Assembly (NCBI GenBank): GCA_001723845.1
Contig: MCBE01000110.1
Coordinates: 1 to 62,700 of the forward strand
Length of the DNA stretch: 62,700 nucleotides
Direction of reading: 5' to 3'
From: Candidatus Altiarchaeales archaeon WOR_SM1_SCG
Lineage (GTDB): Archaea > Altiarchaeota > Altiarchaeia > IMC4 > WOR-SM1-SCG
Made by a program: the position numbers and the translations under genes. Shown here piece after piece: positions 44,467 to 54,039 of the stretch. Position 1 is the first letter of the stretch, and the number at the start of each line of letters is the position of its first letter. The notes below the pieces were generated by a model that worked only from the letters and a program-made list of their open reading frames with translations, ran no database searches and had not been told where the DNA came from.

Positions 44467-47466
44467 ATGACAAGGAAAAAGAAATTACAAACAGAAACAG
44501 ATGTAGAAAAAGACAGCAGAAAAACAGAGCAAAAAGAAATGGAAACAGAAGGTCATGCAAATAATCTTGGGGAAAAATTAAAGAAACATTTTGAAGAGCC
44601 GTTATTTACTATCGCGATTGCGGCAGTACTGCTTGCAATAATAAAACCCTTAATTGATTTTTCGCTTTTAACCGTTGGCATACTGCTGCTTGGTGCAATC
44701 TCTGCGTATTTTGTTTATATTTATTTTAAAAATAATATTAAAAATTATTATTTTATCGGGGTCCCTGTTTTAATTTTTTGCATAACCTTATTTTCATATT
44801 ATGCAGACCAGGGAAACGCTGTGATTGATTTTACCGCCTTTTCCGTTATGTTTGCAATTCTTTTATTGTTCTATACCCTGTGGATTCATAAAATCATAAA
44901 AAAATTAACGCATGCGTTAATTGCAACAATCTTTATCTGCACCATGCTAACGCATTTAATGGGCGCATTTGCAGATGACCTGGCAGACCATATTGTGGAA
45001 ACCGGAGATATTATGGAACATGATAACCTGGTTTATCCTCCCGAGGGGGTTGATAGAAGCAGGGGCGTATTAATGGCTTCCGTGTTCATGGCTGCGATTG
45101 CAAATGTTTTAAGCCCTCTTGGTTTTAGCATAAAGGATGTTGCAATCCTTTACCCGGGTGTCGTTGCAGCGTTCACTGTTTTAGTTTTGTATTTACTTGT
45201 AAGAGATCTTTTTTCAGATATGAAACCCTATAATTATGTTGCAGCAATACTTGCAGCATTTATGCTGATGCTTACACCAGGCTTTGCAGAAAAGGCAATT
45301 GCGACAAACTGTGAAGACGATACGCTTGGTATGTTTTTGATGGTTTCGTCATTTCTTTTGATGACCATCGGTTTCAGGAGAAGAAATTTAAAAATTACGC
45401 TTCTTGCCGGCTTTTCATTTTTAATGCTTGCAATGACCTGGTCGGGTTACTCTTATGCAGGACCCGTTACAGGGGTTTTTATCGTGCTTTATGCAATAAT
45501 GAATTTTATTCATAAGAAAAATACGGTAAAAGAATTACCTTATTTTATTATCCCGTTTCTTATAAGCTTTCTATCCCCCCTGGTTCTTCATGCAAGAGGT
45601 GAACTTCCCGCATTCGCAGTACCGGGTATGATAATTTTAATCCCGATTGGTGGTGCGTTCTTATTTGCAGTTATACTGGAGATAATAAGAACCCGGATGT
45701 ATGGAAAGATTGTAATTCCTGAAAAGACTTATGAGGATAAAATGGAAAATTTAATTGACAGGTATATTGTTCCGATTGGCGCGGCAGGAATAATAATCGG
45801 AATTATATTTATATTAAATTTCCCTGCATTTGACTATGTAAAAACAGTTATAGTGGGTGCCGAAGTCAGGGATATTATCGGGTTAACAACAGCAGAGCAG
45901 ATAAGGCAGACATATTCTCCCGAACAAATGGTGAATTATGCCGTAATCTGCGGCAGCACAAGCTGCGGCTCATCAGGATTTAGTGGAAAGTACGGCGCTG
46001 CTTTTTTACTTGCATTAATCATGATAATAATTCTTTTTTATCTTGCACTGGTTAAGAGAAGCATGGGTGCTGCATTTATACTTGCGTGGAGTGTTCCTAT
46101 GATTGTGGGGATTTATGCAAAACCGCAGTACGGGTTCGTGGCAAGTGTTCCCATAATTGCTCTTGGCGCAACCATCGGGCTGCTTGCGGGAGTCACAAAA
46201 AAGGATATGGAAAGCTGGAGAATAATTGCAACAATTTTAATTATTCTTGTCCCCCTGGCATACATACCCATTGCAGGCGCGGATCATTATGGAAAACTCG
46301 GAAGCGGGCAGGTTCTTTATTCCGGTCCCAGGACATCAGGATTCCAGGTATGGGAGCCGGCTTTGCTGTGGCTCGGGAACCAGACGATTGACGGTTCTGC
46401 AACTGATTGGTCAACGATTACCTGGTGGGATTACGGGCACTGGATTGCAGCGGTCTCAAAAAGGGTGAGTGTTGCAGATAACGCCAAAAACAATCAATTT
46501 ACCGTGCAAAATGATGCCAAGTTCCATGTTCTGGTTACAACCGAGGAAGAAGCACTTAATATTACAAGATATTACAATTCACAGTATGTAATTATTGACT
46601 GGACAATGATAGGGAAAAGTCACGCACCGCATTTCATAGCAACTTCAAATTTAACTACGACAGAGTGCGGATTTGACCTTGGTTACGGGCAGTTTCAATT
46701 CAGGCAGGTCGTGACCGACGGCATGGGCAATATTATCTGGGATTCAAGAAAAGAGCAATATACACTTAATGAACAGGGGGGTGTGGAAAAAACAAGAATC
46801 CTCCCCTTTATAGGAGGACCTCATATAGGTGCAATTCTTTTCAACATAAAAAATGATGCTCAAATTTCAAGCATAGATATTATAACACCCACCGGGGACA
46901 AAATTCCGTGGGAGACATGGAGAGACCAGAATAATGTTTCAATTTTAGGTGTACAGCCCCTGAATACGATACTTGGTCTGGCACTGCAGGGACAGAACGT
47001 TAATCATCCTGCGTACACAACCCTGATTTATGTGCCAAACGTATACGACGACGGTAAAAGCGGGAGACCGCAGGCATGTGTCAGGGATAATTCATACTAT
47101 ACAAAATACAGTTATACATGGCATAATTATAATGATTACATGCTAACAAAACTTTATCTCGGGGACCATGCAGATAGTTATTACCTGGGTGGTGGTCCAT
47201 TAAGTTTATGCACAAACGATTGGTGTAAAAAAGCTGCTGAAGAGGGCAATTCGGAAAGATTAAAGTATTTTAAACTTGTCGATGAATTTGACGGCGTGGG
47301 AAGCCCTGATTATTCCAATGCGGGGTATGTAAAGGTTTATGAAATCATATATCCTGAAGAAATAAAAGTTGAGGAAGCAGAGGAGGAATCAGACGCGGAA
47401 GGGGAGGAAGAAACGGGCGAAATGGTTACACCCACTGAAACAGAACCGTTTGTGACATGGGGTTAA
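44467..47466 (+). CDS. aglB: Archaeal oligosaccharyltransferase AglB (STT3 family)
   Basis: Multi-span hydrophobic N-terminal half, the WWDYG motif (TITWWDYGHWIA) and a DWTMIGK (DK/MI-type) motif in the soluble C-terminal domain. Confidence 0.85.
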   Translation: MTRKKKLQTETDVEKDSRKTEQKEMETEGHANNLGEKLKKHFEEPLFTIAIAAVLLAIIKPLIDFSLLTVGILLLGAISAYFVYIYFKNNIKNYYFIGVPVLIFCITLFSYYADQGNAVIDFTAFSVMFAILLLFYTLWIHKIIKKLTHALIATIFICTMLTHLMGAFADDLADHIVETGDIMEHDNLVYPPEGVDRSRGVLMASVFMAAIANVLSPLGFSIKDVAILYPGVVAAFTVLVLYLLVRDLFSDMKPYNYVAAILAAFMLMLTPGFAEKAIATNCEDDTLGMFLMVSSFLLMTIGFRRRNLKITLLAGFSFLMLAMTWSGYSYAGPVTGVFIVLYAIMNFIHKKNTVKELPYFIIPFLISFLSPLVLHARGELPAFAVPGMIILIPIGGAFLFAVILEIIRTRMYGKIVIPEKTYEDKMENLIDRYIVPIGAAGIIIGIIFILNFPAFDYVKTVIVGAEVRDIIGLTTAEQIRQTYSPEQMVNYAVICGSTSCGSSGFSGKYGAAFLLALIMIIILFYLALVKRSMGAAFILAWSVPMIVGIYAKPQYGFVASVPIIALGATIGLLAGVTKKDMESWRIIATILIILVPLAYIPIAGADHYGKLGSGQVLYSGPRTSGFQVWEPALLWLGNQTIDGSATDWSTITWWDYGHWIAAVSKRVSVADNAKNNQFTVQNDAKFHVLVTTEEEALNITRYYNSQYVIIDWTMIGKSHAPHFIATSNLTTTECGFDLGYGQFQFRQVVTDGMGNIIWDSRKEQYTLNEQGGVEKTRILPFIGGPHIGAILFNIKNDAQISSIDIITPTGDKIPWETWRDQNNVSILGVQPLNTILGLALQGQNVNHPAYTTLIYVPNVYDDGKSGRPQACVRDNSYYTKYSYTWHNYNDYMLTKLYLGDHADSYYLGGGPLSLCTNDWCKKAAEEGNSERLKYFKLVDEFDGVGSPDYSNAGYVKVYEIIYPEEIKVEEAEEESDAEGEEETGEMVTPTETEPFVTWG

Positions 47467-47489
47467 TAAAATAATTAATTTAAATAAAA

Positions 47490-47849
47490 ATGGCAATATA
47501 TCACGGAAATCTGAAAAAGCCGCATAAAAAGCGAAAGGCGGCAATGGGCAGGGAAACGAAAAACACTGTAATAGGAGATAAAAAATTAAAGAAAATCAGA
47601 ACACGCGGAGGTAATGAAAAACTGAGGTTGGTGGCTGCAAAATATGCGAATGTATCGGTTGAGGGTAAATCCCTGAACTGTGAAATTTTGGGTCTTGCGA
47701 CAAATCCTGCAAACAAGGACTTTACAAGAAGAAAAATCATAACAAAGGGGGCTGTTTTGACAGTTAAGTCTCCGGATGGCGCGGAATTAAATGCAAGAGT
47801 AACCTCACGCCCGGGACAGAGCGGTGTTATTAATGCGGTTTCTGAATAA
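47490..47849 (+). CDS. rps8e: 30S ribosomal protein S8e
   Basis: KIRTRGGNEKLRLVAAKYANV...NPANKDFTRRKIITKGAVL...RVTSRPGQSGVINAV matches the S8e pattern. Confidence 0.85.
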   Translation: MAIYHGNLKKPHKKRKAAMGRETKNTVIGDKKLKKIRTRGGNEKLRLVAAKYANVSVEGKSLNCEILGLATNPANKDFTRRKIITKGAVLTVKSPDGAELNARVTSRPGQSGVINAVSE

Positions 47850-47882
47850 ATTTAATTATTATAATATTATTTTTAAAAAATA

Positions 47883-49178
47883 ATGAAGATAACAGCAGCA
47901 GGGGGGTATGATGCAGTAGGCAGGAACATGACCGGTGTAACGATAAATAATGAAACGGTCGCGATTGATAACGGCATACGGCTTGATGCTTTTCAGATGT
48001 ATGACGGCGAAACGCACATGCTCCAGAAGTATAAAAAGAAAGATTTGATTGATATGCGCGTAATTCCTGACTACGATTCTTTAAGAAATGTACGCGCCCA
48101 GGTAATCTCCCACGGGCATCTTGACCATGTCGGAGCGCTGGGTGTTGTACAGCCAAGTGTCCCGATAATAAGTACTCACTACACCGCGGAAATCGGGAGG
48201 AAAGAATATAACAGGGGAAATTATTACTCGTGTGATTACAATGAATTTTTTAAAGTTTCTCCTGATTTTGAAGTTGAATTTGTTGAAGTTACTCACAGCA
48301 TCCCAAAATCATCAATCGTTATTCTCAAAACATCTGAAGGAACCGTGGTTTATGCCTGCGACTTTAAATTTGATGATTATTCCGAAATTGCAAGAACCGA
48401 CTATGAAAAATTAAAGAAAATCGGGAGAGAAGGCGTTTATGCACTAATTGTTGAATCAACAAGGGTAAAGGAGAGGGGAAGAACTCCGGGCGAAAGGGTT
48501 GTCAGGGAAAAATTCAGGGAAATTATTGAATTTATTGATAAGGGTCTTGTGATTGCAACAACATTTTCAACACACATAGAGCGAATCCGGATGATAATGG
48601 ACCTTGTTGAAAAAACAGGTAAAATTCCAGTAGTAATTGGCAGGTCACTGTCAAAACACACGGGAATTGCAGAACAGTTCGGAATTCTGGATTTATCGCC
48701 CAATGCAAGGGTCTACGGCTCGGGAAAGGCAATAAAAAATATGTTGAAGATAATTAACAAAATGAATAAAAATGAACGCAGCGACTACTTTTTGCTTGTC
48801 ACAGGAAGCCAGGGAGAGCCGCAGTCGGTGCTTCCGAGAATGGTAAATAAAGAATTTTCATTTAATTTTCAAAGGAATGATTCCGTAATTTTCTGTGCCG
48901 CAACAATTCCTGTCCCGATAAATAAAACAAACAGGTACATTCTTGAATCAAAACTTGAGTCGCAGGGCGCAAGAATTTTTAAAGATGTTCATGTCTCAGG
49001 GCATGCTTCCCGCGAGGACCATAGAAAACTGCTGAATTTACTTTCGCCGGAGCATATCATCCCCTGCCACGGGGATATGGTGATGAAGGGTTCTTATGTG
49101 GGGCTTGCGGCAGAAGAGGGGTATGAACTTAATAAAAATGTTCATTTAATTAATAACGGGTTAAGTGTTGAGATTTAG
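47883..49178 (+). CDS. Beta-CASP metallo-beta-lactamase ribonuclease (archaeal RNase J-like)
   Basis: VISHGHLDHVGAL (MBL motif 2), a beta-CASP region, and HVSGHASREDH plus PCHGD near the C-terminus. Confidence 0.8.
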   Translation: MKITAAGGYDAVGRNMTGVTINNETVAIDNGIRLDAFQMYDGETHMLQKYKKKDLIDMRVIPDYDSLRNVRAQVISHGHLDHVGALGVVQPSVPIISTHYTAEIGRKEYNRGNYYSCDYNEFFKVSPDFEVEFVEVTHSIPKSSIVILKTSEGTVVYACDFKFDDYSEIARTDYEKLKKIGREGVYALIVESTRVKERGRTPGERVVREKFREIIEFIDKGLVIATTFSTHIERIRMIMDLVEKTGKIPVVIGRSLSKHTGIAEQFGILDLSPNARVYGSGKAIKNMLKIINKMNKNERSDYFLLVTGSQGEPQSVLPRMVNKEFSFNFQRNDSVIFCAATIPVPINKTNRYILESKLESQGARIFKDVHVSGHASREDHRKLLNLLSPEHIIPCHGDMVMKGSYVGLAAEEGYELNKNVHLINNGLSVEI

Positions 49179-49289
49179 ATTAAATTTTTTATTGGATTTT
49201 ATTGAATATTATTGAATATTAATACACATTAAACCCTTTGGTTTTTAAGATTTATAATAAATTGAAATTTAATTAGTTACATAATCAAA

Positions 49290-50375
49290 ATGAGTAAAAT
49301 TCGTGTCGGAATAATTGGTGTCGGAAACTGCGCATCATCGCTTGTCCAGGGAGTTGAATACTACAAAGATATTGACGGGAATTCCCCGCTTGTCCCCGGG
49401 CTTATGCACAATGTCCTGGGAACTTATAAAATCTCTGATATTGAATTCGTGTCAGCGTTTGATGTTGATTCAAAAAAAGTCGGGAAAGATTTGTCTGAAG
49501 CAGTATTTGCAGAGCCGAACTGCACAATAAAATTTTCCGATGTCCCGAATTGGGATGTTGTCGTGCAAAAAGGACCTGTTCTTGACGGCGTCTGTGATAC
49601 GACAAAGGATAAATTTACGGTTGATCCGGGGCAAAAGCCGGTTGATGTCGTAAATGCTCTTAAGAAAACAAAGACAGAAGTTGTAATTAACTATGTTCCC
49701 GTGGGAAGCGAGAGTGCTGCAAGATACTATGCAAAGTGCTGCATTGATGCGGGGTGTGCTTTTATAAATGCAATGCCTGTATTTATCGCATCGGATGACG
49801 AATGGACTAAAAAATTTGAAGAGAAAAAACTCCCGATGATAGGGGATGATATTAAATCGCAGGTCGGGGCAACCATAGTTCACAGAATTTTAACAAAATT
49901 ATTTGTTGACCGCGGCGTTAAACTTGACCACACATACCAGTTAAATGTCGGCGGGAACACTGATTTTTTGAACATGCTTGAAAGAAGCAGGTTGAAAAGC
50001 AAGAAAATTTCAAAAACACAATCCGTGCAGTCGCAGCTTCCCACGCCAATGAATCCTGAAGACATTCACATCGGTCCGAGTGACTATGTTCCCTGGCTCA
50101 AGGACAAGAAATTGTGCTTTATAAGAATGCAGGGAAGAAAATTCGGTGATGTTCCAATAAACATTGAACTGCGGCTTGATGTTGAGGACTCTCCGAATTC
50201 AGCCGGCGTTATAATTGATGCCGTGCGGTGTGCAAAACTCGGGCTTGACCGGGGCATCGGCGGTGTTCTGACATCCCCGAGTTCCTACTTTATGAAGTCC
50301 CCCCCAATCCAGTACTCCGACCCTGCCGCAAAGCAGATGGTTGAAGAATTCATAGACGGTGAAAGAAAGAGGTGA
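49290..50375 (+). CDS. ino1: Myo-inositol-1-phosphate synthase
   Basis: The N-terminus [22 protein letters not shown] is characteristic of prokaryotic Ino1, and the length (361 aa) fits. Confidence 0.85.
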   Translation: MSKIRVGIIGVGNCASSLVQGVEYYKDIDGNSPLVPGLMHNVLGTYKISDIEFVSAFDVDSKKVGKDLSEAVFAEPNCTIKFSDVPNWDVVVQKGPVLDGVCDTTKDKFTVDPGQKPVDVVNALKKTKTEVVINYVPVGSESAARYYAKCCIDAGCAFINAMPVFIASDDEWTKKFEEKKLPMIGDDIKSQVGATIVHRILTKLFVDRGVKLDHTYQLNVGGNTDFLNMLERSRLKSKKISKTQSVQSQLPTPMNPEDIHIGPSDYVPWLKDKKLCFIRMQGRKFGDVPINIELRLDVEDSPNSAGVIIDAVRCAKLGLDRGIGGVLTSPSSYFMKSPPIQYSDPAAKQMVEEFIDGERKR

Positions 50376-50435
50376 TGAAAATATAATTTAAAAATATAAA
50401 AACAAATTTAAATAAAATTATCCAAAATTCAAATA

Positions 50436-50891
50436 ATGAAAACGGACATTGTTTATTACAAGGATGCCAGTGACATGTCAGAAGTTGATGATAATTCAAT
50501 CCAATTAATTATAACCTCTCCACCATACTGGAATGTCAAGGACTATTCCATGGATGGTTACCAGAAAAACAATAATTCGGGAAAGATTGAAGGACAGATT
50601 GGGGATATTAATGATTATGAAGAATATTTAAACGCCATGACCGAGGTGTGGAATGAATGCGAGCGGGTTTTAAAACCAAACGGAAAATTATGCATTAATA
50701 CCCCCTTAATGCCTGTTCCAAAGAAACAATTAATCACACATTACAACCGGCATATTGTGAATATCAATTCCGGGATTGAATATGAGATTTTGCATAAAAC
50801 AAAACTGTTTCTTTACGACCTTTATATATGGAACAGAACAAATCCGAGTAAAGCATTGATGTTTGGACGTTGCTCGTATTCAATTAATTAA
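50436..50891 (+). pseudogene. Truncated beta-class N4/N6 DNA methyltransferase (N-terminal half only)
   Basis: Motif IV TSPPYW near the N-terminus and the KPNGKL segment are present. The ORF stops at ALMFGRCSYSIN, where intact enzymes continue (FGSYPYP...) to the AdoMet-binding F.G.G motif. No continuation appears in any frame before the next gene. Confidence 0.6.
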
Positions 50892-50910
50892 ATTAATTTA
50901 ATATTTAAAA

Positions 50911-51906
50911 ATGACAATCAGAAAAGACCAAAAAACAATAGATAGTATAAAGGAAAAAGTACTAAATAATATTCAAAGATTTGGTTTTACTGTAGAGCAA
51001 GACAAAAGGTTTGGTAAAACTATTTATTCCATTGACAATGGAAAAATATTTCTTGATCTTAGTTATGCGAGTTTGAATAAGAGAGGGGAATATTTCTTTG
51101 GTATAGAGCAGGAGCAGTTTGAAAAGTTATACGGAAAAAATAGAAGTTTTTTCCAGATTTTTATATGTGAAAACGAAAAACAGGTTTTCATTATTCCTTT
51201 ATCTTTTATGATGGAAATTTTAAAAGATTCAAAAGCAACTGGAGATGTGTTTAAACAATATAAACTCGTTATAAAAATGAAAAATGGTTCATATGTCTTA
51301 AGATTATTTGGACATTATGATATAACTGATTATCTGAATCGTTATGATTACCTGGCTACAGACGAAAAAGAATTGAGATTATTGGAAGGGTTGGACATAA
51401 AATATAATGCCGATATAAGAATACGCGGTGTAGATCAGGAATATAAAAACATAGCAAAGGAAGATGGTCTTCGTAAAGGAAGTATTCATGAAACTACAAT
51501 AGATATGCTTGCAAACATAGGGAATTGGTCGGGTTTTAAAGTTCTGACTGAAAGTAAACCAGTTGGTATGAGTGATTTTCCTTACCAACTTGATTGTTTG
51601 TGGTATAAAAACAATGATTTATATATGGCGATTGAAGTATGTGACAAAGGAAGTGTGGAAAAAGATAAAGATGCATTGAAACATGCTAAATCATTTGGGG
51701 CAAGAAAAGTTGTAATAGTTACTAATGTTAACCGTCTTGAAAGAATCAGAAAAATTTTTATGTTTAATGGGGAGATAAGATTTTGGACCGAAATATGGAG
51801 TTTTGATAGGATTTTCAAGATGTACGAATCCGGAAGGAAGTTTTTCGGCAGTTTTGATAAATTTAAAAATTATTCGTGGAATGAAAATGTAGTTGAATAC
51901 TTGTAA
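50911..51906 (+). CDS. Hypothetical protein (331 aa), possible PD-(D/E)xK restriction-endonuclease-like C-terminal domain
   Basis: HETTIDMLANIGNWSGFKV...YQLDCLWYKNNDLYMAIEVCDKGS...ALKHAKSFGARKVVIV fits the pattern D-(hydrophobic strand)-E.xxK followed by a helix and a strand. AT-rich gene. Confidence 0.4.
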   Translation: MTIRKDQKTIDSIKEKVLNNIQRFGFTVEQDKRFGKTIYSIDNGKIFLDLSYASLNKRGEYFFGIEQEQFEKLYGKNRSFFQIFICENEKQVFIIPLSFMMEILKDSKATGDVFKQYKLVIKMKNGSYVLRLFGHYDITDYLNRYDYLATDEKELRLLEGLDIKYNADIRIRGVDQEYKNIAKEDGLRKGSIHETTIDMLANIGNWSGFKVLTESKPVGMSDFPYQLDCLWYKNNDLYMAIEVCDKGSVEKDKDALKHAKSFGARKVVIVTNVNRLERIRKIFMFNGEIRFWTEIWSFDRIFKMYESGRKFFGSFDKFKNYSWNENVVEYL

Positions 51907-51957
51907 TTCCATCATTTAAAATTAAAATAGATAACTCATAAAAACAATCAATTAAAC

Positions 51958-52308
51958 ATGGGAACAAGAGCATTAATTTTAAGGGAAGGCGAAAAATGGA
52001 TATATACTCACAGAGATGGAGGTCCAGGGGACATGGGAAGAACTTTGTGTATGATAAAAAATAAATCAAAAGTTGAGCAGTGGAAAACATTACATAAAAA
52101 ACATCAAATTGATTACGATTTTGAAAAAAATAAATTGGTGTTTGGAGAGGTAGAACCTGAATTCAAAGAAGGAATCCATAATGATTATTGTGATTATGTT
52201 TGGAATATGAAAAAAGAGGGGATATATTATCAAGAATGGGGAGGATTGTCAAGTGGGTATAAGGGAAAACAAGATGAAGAAAATTTTAATTGGGAAAAAT
52301 ATCATTAA
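51958..52308 (+). CDS. Hypothetical protein (116 aa)
   Basis: ORF only; no recognisable motif. Confidence 0.4.
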   Translation: MGTRALILREGEKWIYTHRDGGPGDMGRTLCMIKNKSKVEQWKTLHKKHQIDYDFEKNKLVFGEVEPEFKEGIHNDYCDYVWNMKKEGIYYQEWGGLSSGYKGKQDEENFNWEKYH

Positions 52309-52363
52309 AAATATATGTTTTCAAAATATAACTAAAAATAAGAGGAACTAAAATTAATAAGAA

Positions 52364-52606
52364 ATGGCAAACAACACTCAACCAAAATATTCAGGATTAA
52401 TGAATCAAACCCTGCGTTATATGGGTTGGGTTAGGGATAACCTATCTAAACCACGGGATGTCAGAGGCATTATTGTCGGTAGAGAGGTTACGGAAAAATT
52501 AAAATACGCTAAAAAAGGCATGCAGCCAGCAGAGCATCTTATAAAATTAATTGAATTTGATGTTGATGTATCCGGGAGCATGTCTGTTGTTGGAGAAAGT
52601 AATTAA
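52364..52606 (+). pseudogene. C-terminal fragment of a NucS/DUF91-like PD-(D/E)xK protein (80 aa)
   Basis: NQTLRYMGWVRDNL...VRGIIVGREVTEKLKYA...IKLIEF matches the segment that follows the catalytic E.K strand in NucS-like nuclease domains (Q..rYm.wv......vrGiiva). The catalytic part is missing. Confidence 0.35.
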
Positions 52607-52663
52607 TTCAAAAAATATTATAATCAATTTCATAAATTTAATTTAAAATTAAAATACCAGAAG

Positions 52664-53266
52664 ATGTTAAAATCAACCTTCAATACCGAATACATAAGCA
52701 TTAAAATAGGAATAATTTTTTCAAAATCAGGAATTTCCCCGAATGCGTGGACTCTTCTTGCATTGATTCCCGCTTTTTTGGGGTTTTTGAGTTTATACTA
52801 TCACAATTTAATTTACGGCTTGATTTTCTTTATGATTTCAGGATTCATTGATGCAGTTGACGGTGCTGTTGCAAGGGTTACGGGAAGCGAGACAAACAAG
52901 GGGGCTTACCTTGACGGCATAATTGATCGGTATGTTGAAATTTTACTGTATACCGGGCTTTTAATTTACGGTTTGGATGAATTTTTGCTGCCGTCGTCAA
53001 TCTGGATTTCCGCGTTGATTTTCGGGACGGTCATGACATCATACTCAAGGGCTTATGCCGATCACAGGGGAATTGTTACAGAGCCGGAGGAGTTAAGAAA
53101 AATGGGTGGGATTTTAGAAAGATTCGAGCGGCTTATGCTGATTTTCATTGGAATGGCAGCCGGATACTTTGTTTTAATATACTTAACCTACGCTGTTGTA
53201 ATTACGGCGGTTCTTGCAAACATCACGGTACTCCAGAGGATTATGTTTGTTGCCTGTAAAAAATAA
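52664..53266 (+). CDS. CDP-alcohol phosphatidyltransferase (archaetidylinositol-phosphate synthase-like)
   Basis: IDAVDGAVARVTGSETNKGAYLDGIIDRY carries the D..DG..AR...G...D...D signature. Multi-span membrane protein. Functionally linked to ino1 upstream. Confidence 0.8.
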   Translation: MLKSTFNTEYISIKIGIIFSKSGISPNAWTLLALIPAFLGFLSLYYHNLIYGLIFFMISGFIDAVDGAVARVTGSETNKGAYLDGIIDRYVEILLYTGLLIYGLDEFLLPSSIWISALIFGTVMTSYSRAYADHRGIVTEPEELRKMGGILERFERLMLIFIGMAAGYFVLIYLTYAVVITAVLANITVLQRIMFVACKK

Positions 53267-53294
53267 AATTTAAATTTAATTTATAAACTATGAT

Positions 53295-53924
53295 ATGGCA
53301 GTAAAATCAACAATGAGGGAAATTGCAGAAAGGATAAATAAGACAATTGATAAACTGAGTGATTCCGAGATAGAAGCGATGATAACTAAAATTAAAGTCA
53401 AAGGTAAAAACAACAAAATCTTTGTTATGGGCGTCGGAAGGTCAGGTCTTGTTGCAAGGATGTTTACAATGCGCCTTGTCCACCTGGGGCTGACGGCGTA
53501 TGTTATCGGCGAGATTGTTACTCCTGCTATGACAAAAAATGATTTGCTTATTACGGTTTCCGGTTCAGGCGGTACAAAATCGGTTGTGAGTGCGGCAAAA
53601 ACAGCAGGTGAAATCGGGACGGAAGTTTTGTCCATAACCTCGCACCCCGAGTCGGAATTAGGTAAAATTTCAAATATTATTGTTAATTTAAAGGTGAAAA
53701 GAGGGGCAAAGATTGACACGAAAAAGGACTATTTCACAAACCAGATTAAAGGCAGGCACATATCACAGCAGTATTCGGAAGAAGAACTCATCCCTCTCGG
53801 GACATTATTTGAGGATACCGCGATGATATTTTTTGACGGGGTTATCGCACGGCTTATGGTTGAATTGAAACAGAGAAATGAAGATTTGAAAGGCAGGCAT
53901 GCAACGCTTGAATGGTTTGCATGA
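53295..53924 (+). CDS. hxlB: 6-phospho-3-hexuloisomerase (SIS domain)
   Basis: KIFVMGVGRSGLVARMFTMRLVHLGL...DLLITVSGSGGTKSVV...GTEVLSITS is a typical PHI/SIS pattern. Confidence 0.75.
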   Translation: MAVKSTMREIAERINKTIDKLSDSEIEAMITKIKVKGKNNKIFVMGVGRSGLVARMFTMRLVHLGLTAYVIGEIVTPAMTKNDLLITVSGSGGTKSVVSAAKTAGEIGTEVLSITSHPESELGKISNIIVNLKVKRGAKIDTKKDYFTNQIKGRHISQQYSEEELIPLGTLFEDTAMIFFDGVIARLMVELKQRNEDLKGRHATLEWFA

Positions 53925-54039
53925 TGATAAATTTTTATAAAATTTTTTAGGTGACTTGAAATGAAATCGTAATTAAATTACAATTTAATTGCCAACCTGA
54001 TGATGAGATTAATAATCCCGAACCTAATCCAGAACCACC

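Noticed and set aside
53288-53719. Minus-strand 143-aa ORF
   Set aside because: It lies entirely antisense to the well-supported SIS-domain 6-phospho-3-hexuloisomerase gene.
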